The notes beneath the pieces were generated by a model. The model saw nothing but the letters and a program-made list of their open reading frames with translations, was not told the DNA's origin and did not search any database. DNA of 64,000 nucleotides from Candidatus Multivorans sp. (lineage in GTDB: Bacteria; Acidobacteriota; Thermoanaerobaculia; Multivoradales; Multivoraceae). The stretch covers positions 4,448,001 through 4,512,000 of the forward strand of contig OZ245033.1 of the NCBI GenBank assembly GCA_965224025.1, read 5' to 3'. A program made the position numbers and the translations under genes. Of the stretch, positions 28,396-36,644 are shown piece by piece. Position 1 is the first letter of the stretch. Each line of letters opens with the position of its first letter.

Positions 28396-28588
28396 GGGCA
28401 ATGCTCCTGACGTCATTCTAGATCCGGGTCGAGCGGGTAGCACGCGCGCCACGGCATCGCGGTCGAGGGACGGCGACGCGAAGCACTTGCTCCCTTTCTG
28501 AGAAGGACGGAGACACGCTGAAAGACCCGGCGGCCCTCGGCCAACCCTGGAGTCAACCGGAGCCCGGGGAACCGGGTAGCATGGCCCC

Positions 28589-28816
28589 ATGGACTGGCGA
28601 GAGCACATCACCGTCGACCCCGAGATCTGCCATGGAAGAGCCTGCATCACCGGTACCCGAGTGCTCGTTACCGTGGTACTCGACAACGTGGCGGCCGGCC
28701 TGAGTCCGGAGGAAATCGCGCAGAGCTACCCTTCGATCACCACGCGTTCCGTACGCGCAGCCATGTGCTATGCGGCGGAACTGGCGAAGGAGAGGGTGGT
28801 GGCTTTCTCCGGCTGA
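28589..28816 (+). CDS. DUF433-family antitoxin-like protein
   Basis: ITVDPEICHGRACITGTRVLV...EEIAQSYPSI...AAMCYAAEL. Confidence 0.9.
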   Translation: MDWREHITVDPEICHGRACITGTRVLVTVVLDNVAAGLSPEEIAQSYPSITTRSVRAAMCYAAELAKERVVAFSG

Positions 28817-28931
28817 GTTCCAGAATGCGATTCTCCCGACGACGTGACAACATTGGCACGCGACGAGGTCGCCTGGAAACCAGGGAGAACCGCTCGCTAT
28901 CGGACGTTGCGAGTCACCGAGGACATAGACC

Positions 28932-29156
28932 ATGACGAGCCCAAGAGTGGCCGACCTGACGGTAGGCGAGTTCAGAGAACTCTGCCGGGATACGTTCGCG
29001 CAGGTCGTGGAAGAGGTTCTGGACGATCCGGATCGCGGGCGGGCGCTGCATGACGACGTTGCGAAGAGGCTTGAACGCTCGCTCGCCGAAGTCGACGCCG
29101 GTGGAACCACCGCTAGCCACGCGGAAGTCGCTGAGAGACTCCGAACTTCCCGGTGA
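28932..29156 (+). CDS. Putative antitoxin
   Basis: SD GAGGA; RVADLTVGEFRELC...DPDRG.L; overlaps the downstream RelE-like gene. Confidence 0.75.
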   Translation: MTSPRVADLTVGEFRELCRDTFAQVVEEVLDDPDRGRALHDDVAKRLERSLAEVDAGGTTASHAEVAERLRTSR

Positions 29157-29428
29157 CGGACGACGTTGTCTGGACGGCGGACGCCGAAGCAGACCTTCAT
29201 CGACTGGACGCCGCGGCGGCGGACCGGATCATGGCGAAGATACGGTGGCTGGCGGAGAACGCCGACAGCGTCAGAGTAGAGACATTGGCGGGCCGCTGGC
29301 GAGGTGTCCGCAAGCTCCGAGTAGGGAGCTACCGCGTTCTCTACACTCGCGATTCGGTTGCAAGACGGATTGTCGTCCACATCGTCGGGCATCGCCGGGA
29401 GATCTACAAGTCCAACACGGGCGGTTGA
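29153..29428 (+). CDS. RelE/ParE-family toxin
   Basis: AEADLHRLD...KLRVGSYRVLY...IVGHRREIYK. Confidence 0.9.
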   Translation: MTDDVVWTADAEADLHRLDAAAADRIMAKIRWLAENADSVRVETLAGRWRGVRKLRVGSYRVLYTRDSVARRIVVHIVGHRREIYKSNTGG

Positions 29429-29451
29429 CGCTGGAGCGGCAGGGCTGCGAC
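29415..29451 (+). repeat. 37-bp direct repeat, copy 2
   Basis: ACACGGGCGGTTGACGCTGGAGCGGCAGGGCTGCGAC. Confidence 0.8.
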
Positions 29452-29475
29452 CGGCGAGACTTGCGAGCCAACGCG

Positions 29476-30531
29476 CTAGCGGGCCCCGCCGCGCCGCAGG
29501 CCCGCAGGCAGGCCACCGGTCGGGTTCGCGTTCTTGTAGAACCGGGACTCGAGCACCTGCATCCGCCGTTTGTAGATCTCCTTCTGGTCCGCCGCGACGC
29601 GGTCGAACGCTCTGACGAAGAACCGGCACTGACGTTCGACGCTCCACTGGTAGACGGGGAGGGTCTGGCGCAGAAACTCGGCTTCCGTGAGTAGCCGGCT
29701 CGTCTGGACCGACCCCACCGGTAGTTGCTTCCGCGCGGCCTCGTGTTCGGGGGCCCGGGCGGGAGCCACGATGAAGCCGCCGGGCGCCAACGCGACATCG
29801 AACAGGTAGGCGACCGTGCCGTTGCCGTCGTACCAGCAGCTCGGGTGATCCAGTCCGCCGCCTCCCCGTGCCGCCGCCTGCGCCTCCAGCCTCTCGATCC
29901 GCTCCCGGGCTCGATCGAGCTGCTCGGCAAGAACAGCCGGATCCGCACCAGCGGCCTCCATCTCGTCCCGGCTTTCGATCGCCTCGCGAACTTCCGCCGG
30001 AGACATGCCGCGCCGCGCGGCCGCGTTCAGCGCCCCTGCCATTTCGCGCAGTTCGCCCGGCGTCGCCTCGACGCCCGCCCCCTTCATTGCCTGTTCGAGT
30101 TCGGCGTGGGCGTCGGCCGTCTCCACCGCGCGATGCGCCGACAGCAGCTCCTCGGCTTCGGCCGGCGACATGCGGCCGATCTCCGACTCCTGGATCCCTG
30201 CGACGACCTCCTGCACCGACGGCTCGGGAAACGCGGTCTCGATCTCGCGCACGAGCTCCCGCCAACTGTCCGCGTCCTCGTGCTCGTTCATCCGCTCCCG
30301 CAACACGGACCGGAGAACCACCGGATCCTCCGGCAACGCCTCGTCCTGGAACAGAGTCTCGATCTGCTCGTAGCGCACCAGCCTCTGTTCAGCCTCCTCG
30401 CGCCTTTCCGACTCACGCGCCAGCAAAGCGGCCAGCGCCAGCAGCAGCACGAAGATGATCAGGATGGCGATCTCGGCCATGGTCAGACCGAGGACGAGGC
30501 CCCGCGGGAACGTCCGCCCGCGGTTCGTCAC
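29476..30531 (-). CDS. MotB/ExbD-like single-TM protein with coiled-coil stalk and Cys-pair C-terminal domain
   Basis: GTG start overlaps the upstream stop. LTMAEIAILIIFVLLL resembles MotB TYADL.TLL..FF; C-terminal PSCWY...CRFFV. Confidence 0.65.
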   Translation of the reverse strand: MTNRGRTFPRGLVLGLTMAEIAILIIFVLLLALAALLARESERREEAEQRLVRYEQIETLFQDEALPEDPVVLRSVLRERMNEHEDADSWRELVREIETAFPEPSVQEVVAGIQESEIGRMSPAEAEELLSAHRAVETADAHAELEQAMKGAGVEATPGELREMAGALNAAARRGMSPAEVREAIESRDEMEAAGADPAVLAEQLDRARERIERLEAQAAARGGGGLDHPSCWYDGNGTVAYLFDVALAPGGFIVAPARAPEHEAARKQLPVGSVQTSRLLTEAEFLRQTLPVYQWSVERQCRFFVRAFDRVAADQKEIYKRRMQVLESRFYKNANPTGGLPAGLRRGGAR

Positions 30532-31733
30532 CAGGTGCCCCAGCCCTGCGCCCGCCGCCGCTCTCGCACCTCCTCTTCGGCCACGGCATCGAGCCGGTCC
30601 GCCATCCGCAGCAGAGACCGGTTCATCGCCTCCATGCGCTCCGGCGCAGCGTGCAACTGGCGCCTCGCGGCAGCGAGCTCGCTCACGACCGCGCGCGTCC
30701 CCTCGCTGTACCGGTCGATGTGGGCTCGCAGCGACACGAGCGCGTCCGTGGCGTTCCGGAAGCCGTTCGCCGCCCGCGCGTTCGCCTGCGAGAAGCGACG
30801 GTTCTCTTCGAGGATCTCCGCCAGCCGCGCCACCGCGCTCTGGTTCTGCTCCATGACCCGCAATTGACCGGCCTCCAGTCGCCGCAAGCCCTCCGCCACG
30901 GACAGGAACTCCCTCGCCAGACCCTGGAACTGCCGCGATGTCGGCTCGATGAGTTCCTCGATGAACTCGCGCCGGAAGTCGACGGAGCGGAAGTGTTCCA
31001 GCATCTGCCGAAGCGAGTCGTTCACGCCCTGCGCCTCGGAAACGAACAGTTCCCGCTGGGCCTGGATGTCCGCAACCGCCGCGGCGGCGGACGCATCGAC
31101 CTGGGCGACACGCTCCCGGAGCGCCCCGAACCTCGCGGCGCCCCCTTCGAGCTCTTCGATCTGTCCTTCGAGCGCCGTGCCGGCGGCGCTCACACCCTGG
31201 TCCAACTGCTGGAACACCCGCTTGGCCTCGGTCCGGAACTGCCGGAACTCGTCGATCGAGTACTCCATCTCCGCTCGCAGGCGGCGATTCGCGCGCGCCA
31301 GGTCCTCGCGGGCCCGCGTCTCGGCATCGGTCGTTGCTTCGTCCCGCGGCTGATTCAGGAGGATGCGGCCCGCGAGCCCGAGGATCGTGCTGGTCAGTGC
31401 GAGACCGAAGTTCGTGATGATCGCGCTCGTCGCTCCCTCCGTGTTGAACTGGTAGAGCGAGATGGCCAGCGAGATCAGGGTGTAGAGAAAGCCGAGGTAG
31501 TAGAAGTTGTCCCCCGCGAACTCGACCCGCGGACGCAGATCGGGCCACTCGACCAGCAGCAGGGCATAGCTCCCCATCAGCAGGACCGGCAGGACGACCG
31601 CGAGGATCGGACTGTCGCTGAGTGACTTCATCAACAGGATGGCTACTGCGCCACCGAGAAAGAAGCCCAGGAACAGACCGCGGCCGCTCGGCAACTCGGG
31701 TCCAGCGGGCAGGCGGCGGGACCCAGGCGCCAT
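30528..31733 (-). CDS. MotA/TolQ/ExbB-like 4-TM protein with long C-terminal coiled-coil tail
   Basis: YYLGFLYTLISL...FGLALTSTILGL matches the channel helices (LGLLGT...ALITT.GL); helical tail of roughly 250 aa. Confidence 0.7.
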   Translation of the reverse strand: MAPGSRRLPAGPELPSGRGLFLGFFLGGAVAILLMKSLSDSPILAVVLPVLLMGSYALLLVEWPDLRPRVEFAGDNFYYLGFLYTLISLAISLYQFNTEGATSAIITNFGLALTSTILGLAGRILLNQPRDEATTDAETRAREDLARANRRLRAEMEYSIDEFRQFRTEAKRVFQQLDQGVSAAGTALEGQIEELEGGAARFGALRERVAQVDASAAAAVADIQAQRELFVSEAQGVNDSLRQMLEHFRSVDFRREFIEELIEPTSRQFQGLAREFLSVAEGLRRLEAGQLRVMEQNQSAVARLAEILEENRRFSQANARAANGFRNATDALVSLRAHIDRYSEGTRAVVSELAAARRQLHAAPERMEAMNRSLLRMADRLDAVAEEEVRERRRAQGWGTW

Positions 31734-32575
31734 CAGTTCACGCCGTCGATGCGGGCGACCCGATTCAGAGTGCCTCCCTGGTTTTCGATCCACCGCTCCC
31801 AGAAGTCAATCAGGCCGCGGGTGTCGTCCAGACGCTGGTGGGCGGCGCGTTGCACGAACAGGACCTCGACCGCGGTGCCCCGCAGGTCGGTGGCCAGAGC
31901 AACGGCGCCGGCCGTCGCAGCGAACGCGTCGTAGTCGACCGCCTGGCGGAAGAATGAGAGGTTGTCCGTGTTCTGCATCAGGTCCGACACGAGGATCAGA
32001 CGTTTCGGAAGGTCCGCGTACTCGTGCCGGCCGAGAACGGAAACCGCCACGCTCTGCACGCTCTCCATGAGCGGCGACGCGGGCGCCTCCTCGCGGCCGA
32101 GGAGGTCCCCGAAGAGATTCTCGAGCGGCCGCTCGAACCGCTCCTCGAGGCGGCGCCGGATCAGGCGCGGGTTCTCGGTCCACTCGCTTGCCGCCTCGGG
32201 ATCGCCGGGGTGACAGACGGACAGCAACGGGTCGCCGATCTCACTGCCCACCGGCTTCGCCTCGTAGGCCAGGACCATCTCGTCTTCCCGGCTCTTCGAA
32301 ACGTACTCGTCGAGATGCGCGAGCACATCGGCGCGGCTGATCGCGCCGACCCGATCCGTCACGTCGACGAGGATCGCGGTCAGAGCCGCGGGGCCACTCT
32401 CCGGACAACCCGTTTCGGGGTCACGGTCCGGCGGCTTCGGCGCGAAGATCGTGTAGCGCGCGCCGACGGCCAGCAGAACGAGCAGGACGACCGCGATCGT
32501 TCCACCAAGAAGCGCGTCTCTCGGCGAGAGGTCTCCGCGCCGGGAGCGGCGACGCCGGCGTCTACGAGCCGGCAT
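31733..32575 (-). CDS. Single-TM VWA-like protein
   Basis: N-terminal TM; AILVDVTD (MIDAS-like), SPLMES and RLILVSDLMQNT. Confidence 0.65.
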   Translation of the reverse strand: MPARRRRRRRSRRGDLSPRDALLGGTIAVVLLVLLAVGARYTIFAPKPPDRDPETGCPESGPAALTAILVDVTDRVGAISRADVLAHLDEYVSKSREDEMVLAYEAKPVGSEIGDPLLSVCHPGDPEAASEWTENPRLIRRRLEERFERPLENLFGDLLGREEAPASPLMESVQSVAVSVLGRHEYADLPKRLILVSDLMQNTDNLSFFRQAVDYDAFAATAGAVALATDLRGTAVEVLFVQRAAHQRLDDTRGLIDFWERWIENQGGTLNRVARIDGVN

Positions 32576-33950
32576 CGACCGCGGGCACCTGACCGGGCGA
32601 ACGTGTGCGAGAGATCGAACCCTCCAGGTCCAGCCGCGACTGCGTCTGCTCCCACTCCTCGTGCACGCGGTGGAGCGCGGCCTCGTACTGCCGGTTCAGG
32701 GGATCCAGATCCACCTCCTCGACCACACCGGCGTCGCGGCGTTCCCGGTGGGGCGCCGGCGGCGCCATCGTCCAGGGCGTGGCGTGGGCCTCGGGATGGC
32801 CACGATCGAAACGCACCGAACGGTTCGCTTCCCGGTACTCCTCGATCAGCATGGTCCCGAAGCGCTGCAACTGCTCGACATGAGCGTCGAATGCCGCCAG
32901 CAGCTTCGCCTCGCTCTCCGCCGCGCGCCGCCGCTCGACAGGCTGGCTCTTCGCCTGGTGGGCCGTACGCCGGATGGCGTCGAGGCCCTCTTCGCGGATC
33001 GTCCGCAACTGATCGACCACGTCCTGCCAGAGGTCGTCGTAGTCGGCGCGGGCGTCCTCCATCTTGCGGTGCTTCCGGGAGTAGCCGGGATAGGCATCGC
33101 CGAAGAGCTTGCGGCCGTCGAAGAAAGCGACGCCGGAGAAGAAGAAGCCGAGCACGAAGAGAAGCCACGACTCCGCGTCTTGCAGCCCCAGCGGCGAGGC
33201 CTGGAAGCGGCTCAGGGCCTCGGCGCCGATGTTCTCGCTCAGATCGGCCGAGGCGTCCCGGAAGTGCGCGAGTCCCAGGTTGAGCACGAGCGCAGTGCCG
33301 AGCCAGCCGAGGATGCCGAGCACGCCCACTCCCTTGAGGAGGAGGCTGATATGGCTTACATAGCGACTGACGGGTCCGAAGAAGAGGGCCGGCAACACCA
33401 GGTTCACGACGCTGAAGCCGAGCGCCAGACCCCATCCGCCGACCAGCCCGCCCTCGCTGCCTACGGCAAGGAACGCGCCGTTCAGACCGCTCTCGATGAC
33501 GAACAACAGAACCACGAGTCCGACCAGGATCGCCGTCGTGCGTGAACTCACGTAGTCCGGCTCCCGGTCCAGCCCGTTGCGGTGCTTGAAGTCGAAGAAG
33601 TCGCGCCGCTTGCGCTCGAACTCGTGCAGGCTCGCCTTGAGTACCTGCAGTTCGCTCTGCTCGACCTCCCGGAACTCGGTCGCCGCCTTGCGCGACGACG
33701 ACTCCAGGTCACCGGCGAGCACCGCCTGGTCGAGCTGGTCCAGGTGGCGGTCGACCTGCTCGAGCTGCGCATCGAGCGCCTGGACCGCCTCCTTCTTCTT
33801 CGCCTCGATGAACTCCTCGATCTCGGTCTGACCAGGATCCTCCGCCGCCTCGAGGGGCGGCATCCCCCGTTCGCCGGCCCGGCGCCCCAACCGCTCCGGC
33901 TCGATCTCCGCGCGCAGATCCTCGATCAAGAGTTCCGGGAAGGCCTTCAT
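32562..33950 (-). CDS. 4-TM membrane protein with N- and C-terminal coiled coils
   Basis: Four TMs (IESGLNGAF, GGLVGGW, NLGLAHFR, SWLLF) followed by DAYPGY and a helical tail. Confidence 0.8.
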   Translation of the reverse strand: MKAFPELLIEDLRAEIEPERLGRRAGERGMPPLEAAEDPGQTEIEEFIEAKKKEAVQALDAQLEQVDRHLDQLDQAVLAGDLESSSRKAATEFREVEQSELQVLKASLHEFERKRRDFFDFKHRNGLDREPDYVSSRTTAILVGLVVLLFVIESGLNGAFLAVGSEGGLVGGWGLALGFSVVNLVLPALFFGPVSRYVSHISLLLKGVGVLGILGWLGTALVLNLGLAHFRDASADLSENIGAEALSRFQASPLGLQDAESWLLFVLGFFFSGVAFFDGRKLFGDAYPGYSRKHRKMEDARADYDDLWQDVVDQLRTIREEGLDAIRRTAHQAKSQPVERRRAAESEAKLLAAFDAHVEQLQRFGTMLIEEYREANRSVRFDRGHPEAHATPWTMAPPAPHRERRDAGVVEEVDLDPLNRQYEAALHRVHEEWEQTQSRLDLEGSISRTRSPGQVPAVDAGS

Positions 33951-35599
33951 CGCCGGTTTGGGGAGTTCCCTACCTCCACCGGCAGCGCGAAGGTGAACAG
34001 GGCCTGGCCGGCGGCGATCGTCACGTGCTGCTGCCCGGCGGCCTCGTAGCTGATCGGAGCCGCGAAGACGTTGCCGCCCAGCCGGCGATGCCAGAGCTCC
34101 TCGCCCGTCTCAGCGTCGAGGGCGTAGAAGATGCCGGCCACGCTGCCGCCGAACACGAGACCGCCCTTCGTGGCGAGCAGGCCGGACGTGGAACGGGGCT
34201 GGACCTGGTACTCCCACTTGCGATCGCCGGTGAGCGGATCGATCCCTCGCACCGCGCTGACGTACTGGTCGCCAGGCCCGGCCGGCTTGCCGTAGCCGCC
34301 GACGAAGAGTTCGCCTTCTTCGTACTCTGCCTCGGCCATGTAGTAGAGCATCTCCGCGTCGTAGGCCTGGATGTAGAAGAGGCCGGTGTCGGGACTGTAG
34401 GTGGGCGAGAACCAGTTCGCGGCGCCGCCGATCGTCGGTGCGACGAGGGTTCCCTCCTCGCTCGGGAACATGTTCGGTACCCGGATCGGCCGGCCGGTGT
34501 CCTGATCGATCCCTTCGGCCCAGGTCTGGCGCGCGAACTCGCGCGCGAACAGGAACTCGCCGGTCTCGCGGTCCAGCAGGTAGAAGAAAGCGTTCCGGTT
34601 GGCGAAGGCCAGCAGCTTGCGCTGCCGGCCCTGGTACTCGGCATCGAACAGGATCGGCACCTGGCAGGCGTCCCAGTCGTGGACGTCGTGGGGCGTGAAC
34701 TGGAAGGCCCAGACGATCTCGCCGCTGTCCGGGCGAATCGCCAGCATGGAATCGGAGTGCAGGTTGTCGCCTTCGCGTACCTCGCCGTTCCAGTCCGGCC
34801 CGGGATTGCCGGTACCCCAGTAGAGCAGGTCGAGTTCGGGGTCGTACGAACCGGTCATCCAGGTCGGGGCGCCGCCGGTCTTCCAGGAGTCACCCTCCCA
34901 GGTGTCATGGCCCGGTTCGCCCGGTCCCGGAATCGTATGGGTCCGCCAGCGAAGTTGGCCGGTGGCCGCGTCGTAGGCGTCGAGAAAGCCCCGGATGCCG
35001 TACTCGCCGCCACCGATCCCGGTGATCACCAGATCGCGGACGACCATCGGCGCCGCCGTGATCGAGTGCCCCGAGCGCGGGCTGCCCACCTCCGTGTTCC
35101 AGATCACGGCGCCCGTCTTCGCGTCCAGCGAAACCAGGTGCGCGTCGATCGTGCCCATGTAGAGCCGGTCGCCACGAACCGCAACCCCCCGGTTTTGCTT
35201 GCGGCAGCAGAGTGCGAGTTGATCCGGCAGCTCGTGAACGTAGGACCAGTACCGCTGGCCAGTGCGCGCGTCGAGCGCCCGCACGACGTTGTCCGGCGTC
35301 GTCGCGTACATCACCTCGTCGATCACCAGCGGCGTCGTCTCCACCCGCCCGAGGGTCGGCAGTTGGTGGACCCAGCGGAGTTGGAGCTTCGACGCATTCG
35401 AGCGGTCGATCTGATCGAGGCGGCTGAAGCGTTGGCTTTCGTACTGGCCCGAGTACATGAGCCAGTTGCCCGGCTCGTCCGACGCCGCCTTCAACCGTTC
35501 GTAAGACACCTCGCTCTGAGCGGAGACGCCCAGCGCAGCAAACAGGAGCGGCAACGCGGAACGGACGGCGGCCTTCGTCTTCGACTCGATCATCACCAC
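33947..35599 (-). CDS. PQQ-dependent alcohol dehydrogenase (methanol/ethanol family)
   Basis: RFSRLDQI, vicinal CC (LCCRKQNRG), GGEYGIRG, WGTGNPGPDW and TPHDVHDWD. Confidence 0.93.
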   Translation of the reverse strand: MVMIESKTKAAVRSALPLLFAALGVSAQSEVSYERLKAASDEPGNWLMYSGQYESQRFSRLDQIDRSNASKLQLRWVHQLPTLGRVETTPLVIDEVMYATTPDNVVRALDARTGQRYWSYVHELPDQLALCCRKQNRGVAVRGDRLYMGTIDAHLVSLDAKTGAVIWNTEVGSPRSGHSITAAPMVVRDLVITGIGGGEYGIRGFLDAYDAATGQLRWRTHTIPGPGEPGHDTWEGDSWKTGGAPTWMTGSYDPELDLLYWGTGNPGPDWNGEVREGDNLHSDSMLAIRPDSGEIVWAFQFTPHDVHDWDACQVPILFDAEYQGRQRKLLAFANRNAFFYLLDRETGEFLFAREFARQTWAEGIDQDTGRPIRVPNMFPSEEGTLVAPTIGGAANWFSPTYSPDTGLFYIQAYDAEMLYYMAEAEYEEGELFVGGYGKPAGPGDQYVSAVRGIDPLTGDRKWEYQVQPRSTSGLLATKGGLVFGGSVAGIFYALDAETGEELWHRRLGGNVFAAPISYEAAGQQHVTIAAGQALFTFALPVEVGNSPNRR

Positions 35600-36471
35600 T
35601 ACTTCGGCCGCAGTGAGTAGAGGTAGGCCACCAGATCGTCAAGATCCCGTCCGCGGAAGAAACTGCCGAGCGGCGGCATCAGCGACTCCTCGGGTTTCTC
35701 GATCGCTGTCAGGTCCGTCTTCTGGAAGGACCTGAGGTTCTCGAACTCATCGAAGAGCTGGATCGAGTAGCGGTCCTCGTTGCGCAACACGCCGCGCACG
35801 ATGCCGCCTTCGCTGGTTCGCACTTCGACGGTGCGGTAGTCATCGTCCATCGCCTCCGAGGGGTCGGCGATCGAGGCACGGATGTGCGCCGGCGCCCGCC
35901 GCCAACCCAGATCGCTGAGGTCGGGGCCGAGCCGGCCGCCCGATCCGTTCAGGCGGTGGCAATCGGAGCAGGAGCCCCGGCTCAGGTACAGACTTCGCCC
36001 TCGCCTCGGATCACCCGGCAGATCTTCGTCGCCGCCAATCCGGCTGAGCGAGCCTATGTAGGACACGACCTGCCAGATCTTCTTGTCCGGCTGATAGATG
36101 CCGCCCATGCCCGTGTTCGGGATGCCGGTCAGGATGTTGCGGAACAAGGCGGCATCGCTGCTGCCGTGCCGGAACACGCCGCGGGTGAGGTCGGGCCCGT
36201 CGCCGCCGGTACCGTCCGCTCCGTGGCAGAGCGAGCAACTGCGCCGGAACACACGGGCACCGGCCTCGATATCGGCCTCGGCGGTGTGGGGATTCTCCTG
36301 AACGCGACCCTGAAGCGCTCGCGAGAGGACGTTCTGAGCGGAGACCGGGTTGCCGCATACGATGACCAGGGCGAAGAGAGCCCCCCCGAAAGCTCCCCGG
36401 CAACGGCCGAATGGACATCGTCCAGGCTCTGCTCCGGCGCTCCTGGCAGGTGTCAATTCGACCGGAAACAT
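35599..36471 (-). CDS. Di-heme cytochrome c with putative heme-binding domain
   Basis: CSLCH and CSDCH, GPDLT, GIPNTGM, GPDLSD, SLMP and DLVAYL. Confidence 0.88.
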   Translation of the reverse strand: MFPVELTPARSAGAEPGRCPFGRCRGAFGGALFALVIVCGNPVSAQNVLSRALQGRVQENPHTAEADIEAGARVFRRSCSLCHGADGTGGDGPDLTRGVFRHGSSDAALFRNILTGIPNTGMGGIYQPDKKIWQVVSYIGSLSRIGGDEDLPGDPRRGRSLYLSRGSCSDCHRLNGSGGRLGPDLSDLGWRRAPAHIRASIADPSEAMDDDYRTVEVRTSEGGIVRGVLRNEDRYSIQLFDEFENLRSFQKTDLTAIEKPEESLMPPLGSFFRGRDLDDLVAYLYSLRPK

Positions 36472-36644
36472 GGCGGTGAGCGTAGCACCAGGATCAGGCC
36501 GAAGGCTGCAACCCGGCGCCCGGAGTGGCGTATAGTCGGGTACTGCGCACGCCACATCGGACGCACCAGCGCTCCAAGTCGTAGACGCATCCAGCATCCG
36601 CAAGGTTGCATGAAGACCTTCCACCCGACTCTCAAGGACACGAC

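Noticed and set aside
25070-29451. Integron attC array, given RYYYAAC/GTT motifs near the ends of small genes
   Set aside because: The spacing is far too short for attC, there are no L boxes, genes lie on both strands and there is no integrase.
29476-31733. Flagellar motAB, exbBD/tolQR or canonical Zorya
   Set aside because: No OmpA-like domain, TonB/TolA, flagellar genes or zorC/D/E, and Glu replaces Asp.
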